Assembly: GCA_907165135.1 (NCBI GenBank)
Contig: OU015569.1
Span: 11,842,001-11,906,000 of the forward strand
Reading direction: 5' to 3'
DNA length: 64,000 bases
Source of the DNA: Oikopleura dioica
Lineage: Eukaryota > Animalia > Chordata
The stretch's first letter is position 1. The number at the start of each line of letters is the position of its first letter. Below the pieces are notes generated by a model. It did no database searches, was not told the DNA's origin, and saw only the letters and a program-made list of their open reading frames with translations. Below, piece after piece: positions 1-18,827 of the stretch. Position numbers and translations under genes: made by a program.

Positions 1-38
1 CAAACCGAAAACAGTTACAGTAATGAACGCAACTTTAG

Positions 39-334
39 GACGCAGTTGTTGCGGCTCAATTCAACAAGAACCGCGCTTGCTGGGAAGCGACGGCTAAATT
101 CTGGGCTCAGTACCACGCCAGCGCTCCTGGAGCACTAAACGCTACTTACAAAGATTCGCTCGATAAAGTTGTTGCCATGGGTTTTGGTAAGTTGTCCGCT
201 CTTTTCCAGTCATCCAGTTTATCCAATTGCCGCCCTTACTCATTCTGGTCTTTTCAGACAAGCAAAAAGTACTTGCCAGCCTGTCGCAACACGACTGGAA
301 CACGGAGAACGCGCTGCAATTTCTGTTCAACTGA
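39..334 (+). CDS. UBE2K: Ubiquitin-conjugating enzyme E2-25K, last two exons (39-186, 258-334); 5' part lies outside the window
   Basis: Spliced translation DAVVAAQFNKNRACWEATAKFWAQYHAS...DKVVAMGF|DKQKVLASLSQHDWNTENALQFLFN*: end of a UBC fold followed by a UBA domain with the MGF motif; GT-AG intron with matching phase. Confidence 0.88.
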
Positions 335-809
335 AGCCTGTAATTTTGTAATTAAAAAAATAGAAACCGAAACTCTTCACAGCAGAACATCGTGCTGCGT
401 ATTCCAACAAAAAATAATAAAATTTGATCAGCGATACCGATCATTTCATCCTTCTTCTTTCTCACCCCCAAACTCAATCATTTCAAATTCACGAAACAAA
501 AAGAAAACAGCAGTTGTAGATCAAAACCCAAGCTACCCGACCTTACTCCTTTCTATTCTCACGCCTTTGATAAAAAACACATGTAACTAGAGTATCCAAA
601 ATGAAAAAAAAAGTTCGATTGAAAGTTCAAAATTCTTGATTCAAAATTCCAAAAGTAGCAACGCCGACATGAATATTTATTTATATATATTTACAAAGCT
701 CAGTAAGAAACTTCTGATTGAACATTTCAGTGAATTTAAATAAATGATTAATATGATCATCCTTGTCATCTCACTTTTGAATGTTTTAATTGTAGAAATG
801 TAACGTTTG

Positions 810-3800
810 ATGGACAGGGAATTTTCAAATTGGTGGGAGATTCCATGGATTGCTTATTTTGTTTCTCTTTACAAGGTAAAATTGACGGTAAAGACCGTTG
901 AGTGAATTGTTTTATTTTTGAAGCATCCTTTCGACATTTCCGAGTTTTCGATTTATGAGCTGGAAGAATGCCTCGAAACGGACGACCCGCAAAGCAGACT
1001 CTTCTTTTCAACCCTTCTCAGCGAGCTTCTACGGTAAGTCCACGTCTCTGGCATAGATTAGCATTTGAAATATTTTCAGAGGTCTCTATCAAAATCCCAA
1101 AATCGACCCGTGGAACTTCGACAATTCGCTTCATGAAATCTGCTCGGTGCGTCTTCCCGCTGAGAACTCACTGTTCAACCCTTTGGCAGATCCGACAGTG
1201 TCGTTTTTCGATCTCCCAGTGCGCTTACGCATTTGGCTGGTCTACAAGCTCTGCTGTTGGCGCGTCGAGGACGAGCAGTCGATCACGGACGCAATCGAAA
1301 TCGCCGAAGCGCGGCCTGAATCGCTCGCTGAAGATCGCCACGGAAACCTCTTCTGGTACTTTGGCGGCATTCACCTCTTCAAGCAAATCAAAGAGACGGG
1401 CGATTGGAAGACTGTGGCGCGGACGAAGGAGGAGTGGCGGGCATTAAGGGACAAGTACGCGAACTCGACGGACAAGGAGGAAATCTGGTTCCGAGAAACG
1501 ATCGAGCAAAACTTCGATCCGACCTTGTCCGGAATCGAAGAAGAAACACACACTTGGGCGAGAACGCGGAGGAATCAGCGACTCAAGAAACTAGAAAAAC
1601 TCAAGGGCAAGAAGCGACGAGCGCGTGTGACGAACAAGGAGCCCCATCCGACGCTGCTTCCGGTTGATCAGATTGAAATACTCGCTCGTGGCGCCGGGTT
1701 AATCACCAAACTCGAAAAGGAGCAAAGATCAGCTGAAATCAACGAGGAGGATTTGCATCATTCTTCGTCCAAGTCCGATCAAAGCACTTCGAATTCAGAT
1801 TCCGATAGTTCGTCCCAATCTTCCACTCACTCATCAGTGAAGAAGAAAAAAATCCAAAGAGAGAAGCTCGTTAATTCGAAGCTGCAAAATGCAGTAAAGC
1901 GAAATTCGAATAATCAGGTGCCCAACAGAAGGGATACAAGCTCAAGCTCCAGCTCCGAAGAGGAAGAAGATCAAAAAGAGCGGAGCGGGGCGGAAAGTCC
2001 CGGCACCTGGGAATTGCTCCCAGGCTGCTCGGCAACGCGGCCACAGTTCGTCAAAGTCCGCCCCGGCCAGACGCTCGAAGAGGCCGTCAAGTTCCACAAA
2101 AATCCCAATGCCTTCTCGCCTCTTGAAAAAGCCAAAAAGCGAAAGCGAAAGAAGGGACAAAACGGAACAAACCCCTCCCCGGCTAAAAAACAGGCGCGAG
2201 GACGAGGTCGTCCAAAGAAGGCCAATGCGGGCAAAAAGAACAATCTGCCGACGAAGAAGAAGACCGTTCTCGTTCCCTCCGACGTTTCTAGCGGCTCAAG
2301 CGAGGCAAGCGAGTCAGCTGGTGAAGGGAGAAATTCGCCAATTCGTCCCGATTCTAGAGATAGTTCCAGTTCTTCCAGTAGTGGTTCAGAAGAAGAGGAA
2401 TTTTCCCCAGTGCCCCAAAAGCCACAAGTAAAAAAGGCCAAGTCTACTAATTTAAAGGCTCCAAAAAAGAAACCCGCTCCCAAATCGAATCCGCCCGCTT
2501 CTCAAAAGAACCTTACCAACTGGCAAAAGATGCAACTTGTGATCGACACGATTCGCGCGCACCCAGACTCGTGGCCCTTTTACAGCCCGATCACGGACGA
2601 GATCGCGCCGAGCTACTCCTCGATCATCCGACGTCCGATGGACATTGAAACCATCGAGGAAAAAATCGCTGCTCGAATTTACTCAACGCCTCGCGAATTC
2701 GTCGAGGATGTCTGCTTGATGTTCGACAATTGCCGCCTCTACAACGGCGAGGGAAACGAGTACTCAGAATCTGCTGACGATCTCGAGGCGATCTTCAACG
2801 CGCAGATGAAGGAAGTCATGCCGAGTGTGAGTCTCGCCAAGTTCCGGTTTTCAGACGAATCGGGGAATGAAAATCGCTCCTCCGCTTCTTCTAGCTCTGA
2901 TGAAGAAGAGTTCGATCCGGCTCACTCAAAATCGCAAAAAACAGCCTCTAAATCGTCCAAGGGAGCGAAGGGTCAAAAGAAAGGGCCCAAGAAAATCGCC
3001 AATTCAATCTCGAAAACGAAGCAAGTTCAATCTCAAGCTCAAAGGAAGACTCAAAATACTAGTGACACGCGAAAAGTGGGAAAACTCAACATCAAAATTG
3101 GCCAGCTAAACGGGCAAAAATTTGCCCGATCTCTTGGCAATTCAAAAACTGCTCAAAAGAAGAAACGATCGTCCTCGTTTTCGAGAGAAAGTAGCTCCTC
3201 TTCCGAAAGCAATGACTCCTCCCCTGAAAGACCTGCTTCTCAAAACAAACAGACCAAAGCGCAAAAAGAAAAACTAGCAATCAAAGAATCAAAAAAGTTC
3301 CAAAACACTTTGAAGCAAAAGCGCCCAGTAGATAATAGTAAACCTGTCAGCTCTAGTGCCAAGAGCAAGCTCAAGAATCCGCCAAAAAGCGCGAACTTCG
3401 TGCCACCTATCCGCGGCCGGCCAAACATAAAGAAGAAGAACGCTCCTGCTCCTGCAGCAATTGCTAAAAAACCGCTCCCAAATCCAAACCATCGAAACAG
3501 ACCTGATAATTCCGCCTCATCAAGCTCGAGCTCGTCCTCCAGCTCTTCCGGTTCGAGCTCGTCATCGTCTTCTTCTTCGAGTTCTAGCGACTCGGAAGCG
3601 GAAGATGCAAAGACGAAGGCACGCACCAGCCCAATGAGAATGTCGACTGAGATCCAATCTGCCAAGAAAACTACGAAAATCGCAATCAACACTGTTAACT
3701 CCGAGAAAAACTACGATTCGGACAACAACAAAATGTCTGACAGCAGCCCTTCTCTTCTATCCACCGCCAAGCCAACTGCTGTAGTTCAACCTCAACCTGC

Positions 3801-6136
3801 CAGAGACTCGAGGTTAGTCTATCTTACGGTTAAGTTAGGGTTTAGTAACGTCCAAAAATTGCTTTACATAATTGTTTCGTTCAGAGAGTCCTCTGAATCA
3901 CCAATGGAAAGCGCAACGAACTGGGAGCAAGACTACTCGAAAGCAAAAGTAAACCCTGTGTCCCGTGTGCTCGATGCTCAGGATGTCCAGATGGTTGATT
4001 CTCCGACGACTATGAAGCGAGTTGCAGAAGTTCAAGACGCGATTTTGGAGATGAATGAAGATTTCAAAAACTCGCCTCAGGTAAAGGAATCAGTAGTCTA
4101 TTCCTCGATTTCATTCAAAATCTACAGGTACCGGACAAAAGTGACGAAGTTTCTCTTTCTTCCTCGAAATCGGAGAGGAAGCGCTCATCCGACTCCTCTG
4201 ACAAGGACTACAACTTGACCAGCGAGCAGATCGAACGCGACTCGGAGCTCTACGGGAATTCTTCAGCAAAGAAAGAGTTGCCCAAGGAAGAGCTACAGAC
4301 GCCTTTGTCTAGTGACAGCTTCAAATCAAAAATTCCAGAAAGCAGCTTCGTTATCAATCAAGAGCAAAAGTACGTTCTTTCTTCAATAATCTTTTTTAAT
4401 TTAATTTCAAGAAAAATCGTCACTGAAACGAACCCGGCAAGAAGCAAAAGTCCAGTTTGTGAGAGAAAGAAAAGCACAGAAACCCACACCCCTCAAAATC
4501 CGAGTCTCAAAGTATCGCAAAGTGACAAGATCGCAAAAGAGTCAACACCGGAAAATACCGCGAAAACGGCGCAGCATCCTCTTCCGATTCAACCGCCGAA
4601 GCTGCTAAAAGAAGAAACAGCTTTTTCAAAGTCATTTGCTGGGCAAACTCAACCGCGCTTCGGAGTCCCACATCCTGGGCTTGACGCTCCTACCGTTGTT
4701 CCTAGGTACTCAATTTCGGCGAAATTCAATTGTCTAATCATATTTTCTTATTTTAGCTACTTGTCTGGGTACACCCGCGTTCCCTCTCCAAAGAACAACG
4801 AAGCATACGCTCCTGCCGTTTCGATCAGCGCTTCTTCCAGCATTGCCCCTTCTTCTACCACTATCCCCTCCTTATCAAAGTCAACTATCCCGAGCCTCCC
4901 CCAGCCATCTCCATCGACTCTTCCGCCAGCGCAACCGAAACCAACTCGCGTGATCAGCACGGCTACTGAATCGTCGCTTCTCCAAAATGCTGCGACGCAC
5001 GAAATCGTGAAATCAGCGGCCGCTGCTGCTGAATCATCGCTGCGCAATCATCTGTTGGCTCCGCATCGTGCGGTTTCGACGTTTGATTATCAAAGCACAG
5101 CGAACGGAACGGCGCTGAATCAGGCTTTGCCCGATCGAAGAGCCCAGCTCTCGCTGCCCCACTTCCCGATTAATATTCCCGCTCCGCAGAACAGTGCCAC
5201 TCAGAAAAAGGTACTAAACATAAACTCAAAACCTTATCTAACGTATTTAAAAACAAGGAAAGTGGCGCTCTGCCCCCGACATTCCCGGGACATCCAGCTC
5301 TGGCAAGTGGATTCCAGCAGCGCCAGGAACGACCGTTCTTCCCTCAACTGGGCGTCTCCCCAGCTACGGGCCCTGTTGGTTCATCTCTTCATTCTCAAAA
5401 TCCTCTCCAGGACTTGCAGAATCTATCTTCTTATCCTCAACTGCTCCACCACCATCCGCACATGATCAACCACGCGCCGCAGGTAATACCTTTTTTCTGT
5501 CTTCCTTGATTTCAATTTCCTCTTCAGGGCGTTCCTAATCCGGGTTTGATCGGACTCGCGGGTTTCCATCCTCCCGGTCTTGGCCCAGCAGCATTTGGCG
5601 CCGCCGCTGCTGCAAGCACCAGCCGCTCAAGCTCCAATGGCACTTCTCTTCCTCATCATCCATCTATGCCGTTAGGTCCAGTGTAGAAAAATAATCTGCT
5701 AAATTTTCTTTTCGAAATTTCATTTACTCAAATATTTAACATATTCTGGACTATTTTATTTCCGCTCAAAATTAGTTAAATGAAAGATCAAATCTATATC
5801 TACCAGTTCCTTAGCTTAGACGAGCGGGATAGCCTTAAAAACGAGCACAAGCCCTGTTTGGTTGTTAGCGCTTATCTGTTTGAAACCCTGTCCTTTTTGA
5901 ACGTTGTCGGCGTTTGACAATTATCAAGTTTCTTTTTGACAAGGAGCGATAAAACGCAAATATTGAGTGGTATTGCATCTGCTCGGGTGATTCCGAATTA
6001 TCCAAATATTAAATCACACAATCACTTCATTCAATTTTCAACGCTGAAAAAAGGCATGTATTCGTCGCAGCTGGGCCCGTACGCGCAGTTTGGCTACCCT
6101 TGGCCGCACCATCCCAACGCCAATCCAAGACGCTGA
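810..6136 (+). CDS. CECR2: CECR2-like bromodomain chromatin-remodelling subunit (multi-exon; stop at 5686 if last intron is retained, or terminal exon 6054-6136)
   Basis: Exons 810-875 (NWWEIPWIAYFVSLYK), 924-1033, 1080 onward. WHIM-like LAEDRHGNLFWYFGG, AT-hook RGRGRPKK, bromodomain (WPFYSP...PMDIETI...NCRLYNG) and Ser/Lys-rich low-complexity tracts match CECR2/Dikar architecture. Confidence 0.85.
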
Positions 6137-8417
6137 CGAAAAAACACAGAACTATTCAATTAAAATTCTATTCATTTAAAATCTTAAAAATACAAAAAAA
6201 AACTACGAACCAGCCTACATTCAACTTATTTCTTTCTTTTACTACTTATTACCCGTCTCTTTTCCTTTACCGCTTTTTGCTAATTTTCTAAGCAAAACTA
6301 CCAGTACAGTACGACTCGTTTTTTTCCCGAAAATACAGAATCTTTACTGTTTGAATTCAATTCTATTTTATTCCATCCGTAATTACTCTCTTTCGTTTCC
6401 AGTCGATAATAAATTTAAGAAAATATTTCATTATTTTTTCTGCCGCTTTTCTTACAAATTTTTCCGTTTCATCCTTTTCTTGAATTTAATTATTAATATA
6501 TTACACAAGAGCTACTGTCAGTTACAGTAGCTCTGGCTCTACTTATCCAAGTTTTCAAAGCTCAACGCTCCTTCTTCTTATTCACTGACTGTAACTTTAA
6601 TCTGCGACGAGCAATAAAAAGTAAAGGCGCCGGGTAAAATGTATTTTTATTTTATCACTCAAGTGCAGTGAATCTGGGCTATTTTGGGAAGGGTGACTTT
6701 TAAGAGAGAGAGCAGCTGTGTTTTCTCTTTCGCGGAACATCTCCTGATAGAATCGCTGGACTCTTGTCCCTTGGAGCCAGGACATAGATATTCTCCTTTT
6801 CTATTCATGCATCTTGCCTTTTTCGCTTTCCATTTCCTTTTTTTTCAGAGAAACACAATTTCGTGAAACTCCATTTTCAAATTTACATGCCAATTTTTTC
6901 TCGCGGAATATTCTTTTTTAACAAAATCACTTTTCAAAGGTAACATTTTTCTTTAAAAAGACAGTCTATTTTCTTAGAAATTTGAATTTATCACAAACTT
7001 ATTATTCGAAAAATGACCCCTCTTTTTGTATTTAGGAAAGGCGTTCTTTTGAGAAGCAGTCTTCCTTGATTTCAAGTGTCATTTTTCAATTATAATTTTT
7101 CAAAAAAATTCAAAAGCTTCTGAATGCAAAAATTACTGCGCGTTCTTTATCCAGATTTGCGTGATTTCGAATGATTGTTCATTTTTCGGATTTATTTAAT
7201 TTTGTTTGATTTCATTTCCATTCTGTAAAGAAAGAAAAGAGCGCGTTTAATTAACGAGCTGTCAATTCTGTCTGTGATTTTCCGTAATTCCAAATTAACA
7301 AACAGTCCAGTCCTCGCTTTTGGCTCTTGCCCCGCTATTTTTCGCAGCGAAAGAAAAAGAAAAAAACGATTAACTCTCTTATCGATTTGGACAGGAGAGA
7401 GAAAGAAAGAGAGACGCGTACTAATTTGATACACGGCCCACAATACGCAAATTGAACTACAATGGCCAGCACATTCAAAATAGCTGACTAGCGCTCAATT
7501 TTCAACTCTTCAATTTTAGCAGCTCCATTTCTTTATTTTTTTTCATTGTTCTCATTTTGAAACGGTCCTTTTTCAATAAGAATTTTTGAAAATAAAATGA
7601 ATCGTGTATGTGTTTTTCTGTCGTTTTTTTTAATCTTTATTGCAGCCGCCCGGGCTGAGCTCATCTCTAATCCCCTCTCTCTCTCCGTCTTAATCTCTCT
7701 CTGCCTCAATTCTCGGAAGAAAAAAAAGAGGAAGGGTCGAGTCCGAGGCGCCTGTCGCTGGCGCCAGAAAGGTGAAATCTGTGACGCTGCTGGTTTAACA
7801 GATGTCAGTTTCTGGTGCTTCGCTAGGTCCTCTCTAAAAGGCTCTTTCTCTCTCTCTGGTTATTTCTCTAGTTTTTCATTTTCGAAAAGCTGCTGCGTCG
7901 AGGAGCAGAGGGCGACGAGCTTTGAGCCACCAGAGATCACGAATTGGACCTTTCAAGGATGCGCTCCACGGCGCCAAGCAGCGGCACTGGCGCCCCTTAC
8001 TCTTGTTGAGGTCGACCGTTTTTCTTTCTCTCCCTCCTCAAGGCGGCCGTTTTTTCTCGCCACTGGTTTTGCTCAAACTTTGAAGCGCCCTCTTTTCCCC
8101 TTGTTTTTTTCCGAATTTCCCCGCTTTAATTTTTTTCCCATTGAAAATAAATTTGAAATTGAATTGCTTTTTTGCTCTTTTCTGGCTCTTTTTTTGTGTT
8201 GGTCTCTTTCTCTAGCAGCGTTTTTGACACTTGGTTAGCCCGGGTGATGACTTGTCATTAGAAAAGGGTTACTTCCGGACTAATTTCCGCGTGTTTACTC
8301 GGAAACAGGTCCATCAAGACAAATAAGGCGACTTATTGGACCGTAATTCACCTGATTTTTGATACTTCAGAACTCTGTAAATAGCGGTGGTTGGTTTTGG
8401 GGCCCGCTTGCGGCCAA

Positions 8418-13805
<5,388 letters not shown>

Positions 13806-14003
13806 AAAAATACGTCTGCCTCGTTTCTTTCCTTTTTAGCAATTTCAAGTCTATATCCAGTTTTACCTCTTCCTTCTTTTTTCTGTAGTGCAATTTTTCC
13901 AATACTTTCTGTAACTTCTCTTTTCTGTCGTAAACTGTCATAAATGCCCTTCAAATAAACACAAAGATAGACAAAGCAAAAAGAAAAGACACGTCGAGGA
14001 GTT

Positions 14004-15779
14004 TTATTTTGCAAAGATTCTAGTGGCAGTGAGAGCTAGAGCCTCGGCGTCGTCGAGGCTGTCCGGCAAGTCGCTTTTGATGACAGGTGGTAGCAGGAAA
14101 ATGAGAGTTGCGGAGAGCAAAGCGATCAGGGCGAAAATAGGAGTGCTGGTTCCGAAAAATGAGAGGATGAGCGGCGCGCAGGTCGAGCTCAAATTGCCGA
14201 AGGCACTAGAGTTTGGCTGAAATCGACAGTTTAAATGCATGACTTACAGTAGGGCAGACATCGCTCGAGCCCGGATGAAAGTGGGAGAGACTTCGGAAAC
14301 CATGGTAAACATGTAGGACATGTAGCTTTGAATCATGAGTTTGGAAGCGACTCCAAAGACGAGTTTCGGAATCCAGAACTCGTCTCCCTCTTCGTACTTT
14401 TGCAGCACCAACATGATCATGAAAAAGGCCGACGAAGCGGAAAGAAAGAAGGCGATTCCTTTTCGCCGAATTCGTTTCAGCAAAATCGCGTTGTAAGAAA
14501 TCCTCAGCGGCCCTTCCAAAAGGACCATCACCGCGAAAGTCACGTAGATGCAGCAGTGCATTTGGCCAGTGGCGAAAACGATGTTGTACCAGAGGAGCAT
14601 CGCGCAAGAACTGAAGAAAATTATAACAAGGAAGAAGAAGGAGGGGTCTTACTGTATCCAAATGAGGATGAAAAAGCGTCCGGAAACGGCTGTTCTTTTT
14701 AAATAATTACAGATCGTTTCTTCTTCGTGCTTTTCGCTCGGCGATTTGGGTTTCAGCGCTTGCAGTTGTTCAAGAATGGAGCTTCGCTCGATTTGAACGC
14801 CGTTTGTCTTGGCGATTTTCATGATCCAGTCGACTGCTTCCTCGATTCTTCCTTGCTCGAGGAGCCAGCGCGGGCTCTCCGGATAGTAGAAAATGTAGAA
14901 GACGGCAATCAGCATTGGGCTCGAGTAGACTTTGAAAGCCAGTCGCCAGTCGCGAATAAAGTACGTCACTAGAATCAGCCAGAAGACGCTGGCAGTCCAC
15001 ATGCCCGAGTTGACAAGCCCGATCATCCACTTCCAGGACTTCTTCGACAGCTCCATCATGTTCGGATAAGAGCCCAAGGCGGACACGCAGATTCCAAGCA
15101 CGCAAGAGCAAATCTTGAACTGAAGACTCGTCCCGGACGTTACCAAGCCTAAAACACACATTTTTCTCCATTCAAAGATTTTTGGCAAACCGAAATAGGC
15201 GAACATCGACATTAGCGCATAAAAAATCGCAGTTTTTCTCCGCCCAAATGCATCATAAACGATTCCGTTGAGCAGAACTCCAATCGAAGTGCAAAATAAA
15301 AAATAACTTTCGATGGGTTCCAAAATCATTCCTTTTCATTTCTTTTTTTATTATATTTTGTGAGCCCTTATTCTTAAAATGGTTGTTCGATGAGCCGCAT
15401 CTTCGCAAAGGAAATTGAATTCATTCGCGTACGAGCTTTCCATTGAGCACTCCTGGGCGCAGGAATCGCTCGAGTTGCGAGCGATTCTTGAACTTGAAGA
15501 ATTAAAATCGAAAGAATACTGAAAAAAAATCCGATAAAAAAATTCATCGAAAATTAAATTGCTTTACCTGCTCGAGTATTTTATTATTTTCATCGCACGC
15601 GTGGTCGAGTTCTTGGCCGAAGAAAAGGTTGTGGAAGTACAGTCCTTGCAGTGGCAGGATTATTACTGTATTGATAACTAGGAAATAATGTCAAATTTCA
15701 AAGCAATATCCGAATATTTACAAAGTGAGCGTTTCTGAAAGTAGCCAGTTCCCCAAGTTTCCTCCAGAAGAAGATCCAT
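14004..15779 (-). CDS. SLC22/organic cation transporter-like MFS protein (multi-exon)
   Basis: Start MDLLLEETWGTGYFQKR; Cys loop ending NEFNFLC; YDAFGRRK; YPESPRWL; SEVSPTFIRA; LPPVIKSDLPDSLDDAE are SLC22 signature motifs. Confidence 0.85.
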
Positions 15780-16366
15780 TCTGATTTGATTCTATTTTCT
15801 CTTCTGATAAAAAAAAGATATAGATTGAACAACTTCGTTGATATAATCTGTTGACTCAGGACAATTATCCGAAAATGAGTAACAAGGAGTTTAATTCTGG
15901 CAAATTTCCAGGCTTATTATTTTTTATTTTCTTTTCGTTAAAGCTGAAAATCGAACAATGGAAGATGCGACAGACATGTCTGTCTCGGCCGATGTTTGCT
16001 TTTGACGAAATTGCAGAATACACAGCACAATTTCGTAGACTGGAACACTGAAAAAAAAATCAAATGAACCGAACTACCAAGGTCATCTAGAACTTTCTCC
16101 TCACGTCACGCCCTTTTTTCCCCGCAGCGCTAAAACTGCCTTTTGAAAAGGCCCTTTTCAGCGGAAGCAATTTCTTCTCCTGCTTCTAATTGCTTACAAG
16201 TCAACTTGGCAAAAATCTACGACAAGACCGCAGCCTTCCATTTTATCCGCTATCTAATGAACCATTTCCTCTTGCCGTGTAATATTATGTCATGATTTTT
16301 TTTTTCGACGATTGTTTGATTTTATTTAAAAAAAGAAGAAAGTTTTGGCCAGAGAATTTTTTTTTT

Positions 16367-17596
16367 TCAGTTTCGGTTGGGTCTTGCTGGTCGTTTGTTC
16401 TGGCCCTTGTTGTTGGCTGGCTTCTTTGGCTGGCGCCTTTTTGGTGTTCGGTACTTTCGGGTTGTAGTCGTACTTGGCGTGTATTTAGTTGTTGTCGGTG
16501 TTGTTGTCGTTGTCGTGGTCGTGGTCGTGGTCGTTGTTGTGGTGGTTGAAGTGGTGGTAGTTGAGCTGGTGGTGGTTGGTTCTGGAGTAGTGTACTTATT
16601 GGTAGTTGTGTAGGGATCAGTGGCGGTCGTGTAGGAAGCGGTGGTGGTGGGTTCAGTAGTGTAGTCAGTTGTGTAGACGGAAGTCGCAGTAGTCGGCTCA
16701 GTGGTGATATCGATGTAGGGGCTTTGGGTGGTTTCTTCAGTTGTCACTCCTGTTAATGTAGACAGGGTTGTTTCCTCGTACGGCATCGTTGGCGGAGCAA
16801 CTGTAGTTGTCGTTTTGTACGGCGCCTTGGTCGTGGTTGGTTTGTAGGGATTTGGGGGAGTTGTTGGGTTGTAGGGATCGACCACTTGCCCGGTAGAGCT
16901 GTAATACGGGTTTTCGGGAACTTCACCGGGAATCTGATTGATGCAGACGTTTTCCATTCGCTGCAAATCGTTCATCAAGTGGTTCATTCTTCGCTGCCAC
17001 GAGCCGAGTTTCGGGCATTTTGACAAAACATCGTCGTTGAGAGCGCCCAACGCGAACTAGAAATGGAGACCGGAAACGTTGAGTTTATGATTACCTTGCT
17101 GCAGATTTTCTTCAACCGATCGAGCTGCTTCTCGCTGGCCATTGGCGACTTGAGAGCTTTCCCTTCGAAGCCGTTTTGTTCGTTCGCATTTCGCATCAAC
17201 GCGACGATTAACGCAAACTCGCGGTCAGCATCCAAAAGAGATTCTTCCAGAACTTCTGTTTCACGTCGTTTTCGATTGCCGTAATTGGCCGAGTCGGGGT
17301 TGTAGCCGCTCACCATCGCAGGCGGAATTCGGCACTTTCCAACAGCCAAGTGGTGCAGCGCGTCGAACAAGACCTGAGTTTTTGGAAAAGAAAGAAAAAA
17401 CGAACGAAAATGGTACCTTTGAAATTCGATGCTCGTACTTGCCGATTTTGTCGATTGGCGGATCGCAGACGTAGGCAGTCTCCATGTAGAAGTTGCAGCG
17501 ATCGATGGCCTTGGTGACTTTCTCTTCGAGTGTCATTGAGCTTGGATATTGCGCCTGGGCGACGGAAGCTGAGGCGAAAAAGGCGAAAAGCTTCAT
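16367..17596 (-). CDS. Secreted protein: signal peptide, 6-Cys helical region with RKRR site, Thr-rich mucin stalk, basic tail
   Basis: MKLFAFFASASVAQA signal; three exons joined by short GT-AG introns; poly-Thr/PTT repeats at 16440-16860; tail KRRQPKKPANNKGQNKRPARPNRN*. Confidence 0.8.
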
Positions 17597-18331
17597 TTTC
17601 AACTTCGGAATTTCGACTTTGGAAATCAAGGAAGATTCTCTCTCAACTCTTATCGAGTTGCAGATGATGGTTAAGAAGGAATGAGCGAGGCTTTTATAGA
17701 AGATCGAATGAGGAAAAGCGATTTCACGCATCTTTAGCTCCGGTGGTGGTGGTGAACAGAAACTAGACAAACTCTCTCATTAGGGCCACATCGTCTACGT
17801 AGAAAGGGCGATTGCCAAATTCATTACACAACTTTAATTTGCCGAGATGGCCACTATCGAAAGGTCGCTACCAGTAACGTTTCATGGAAAATTATTCAAA
17901 CATTTTCAAGAAGGTTAAAAATATCATCTTCTTGGAATGTCCTTCTGAACGGCACTTCAGAGAAAAAAACGCTCGCTAGAAACAACAGACTGTATAAATT
18001 GTATTATTATAATTCAACAGCAAACAAAACAGGATTCCAAAGCCAGAACAGGGGACAAAATAAATCTCTAGAGGACCAGTAATAACAACTCAGTTTTTCG
18101 ACCAGGCCCCGGGTCCAAAAGGTCCGGAACCGAGGAAACTGATCTAAAGAAGATATCAAGCTTCAAGCCCATCAAAAACTGCGAGTTGAACCAGGAATGG
18201 AAATCTGAGCGGCACGGCACGGCGGCAAAGCACGGAGAAGAAAATCTGGTTGCGGCATTGCGGCACCTTCAGCCCCGTACATAGCCCTGATACATGTCGC
18301 CTAAATTGACCTTATTTTCATTTACTTGCAG

Positions 18332-18581
18332 TTTTGTTCTGCATTTTCCAACAAGGACACTTCCTACTGGTTTGGATTGTCGCTGGACAAAGAGAGCGAT
18401 CGTCTCAGCTGGGTTGAAAACACGAACGGAGAGCTCTTTCCAAAACTTTCCAACACTCATCCCCTTCTTTCAACGATTCTAGCGCTCGGAGCGGTGCATC
18501 CAGTCCGCGGGCCTGCAGTTCGGCTACAAATGGTACCCCTCAAAATGCGACCGCGAGTTCCGCTACATTTGCCAAGTCTAA
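18332..18581 (+). CDS. C-type lectin-like domain, last exons (5' exons probably from about 18070, unresolved)
   Basis: SYWFGLSL...LSW then, after a predicted GG-AG intron at 18428-18482, ERCIQSAGLQFGYKWYPSKCDREFRYICQV*, giving the CTLD WxGL, C...W...C...YIC pattern. Confidence 0.65.
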
Positions 18582-18827
18582 TCCCCTTTTTGTAAATCTG
18601 CTACTTTCACTTGTTCTACCACCTGCCGCAATCTCTTCAAACTGTACATCGATAATAAAACAAAGAGCAAAATAGCTGTTTCTGTTTTGGTTCGCTTCTG
18701 GACAGGAGCTATCTCTTCCCCGCTATAGTAATAGTCTACTGCAAAATGTAAAAAAAATGAAAATAATTTTCACAATTTTTATTTTCACGATCACGTGTTT
18801 GTTATAAAGGAATGATTGTTTTTTCAG

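Noticed and set aside
1971-3692. Long minus-strand ORFs (1971-2483, 3240-3692)
   Set aside because: Antisense shadows of Ser/Lys-rich CECR2 coding sequence
7597-8238. 213-aa plus-strand ORF
   Set aside because: Runs through CT-rich low-complexity DNA upstream of the Src-like gene; no motif or codon bias
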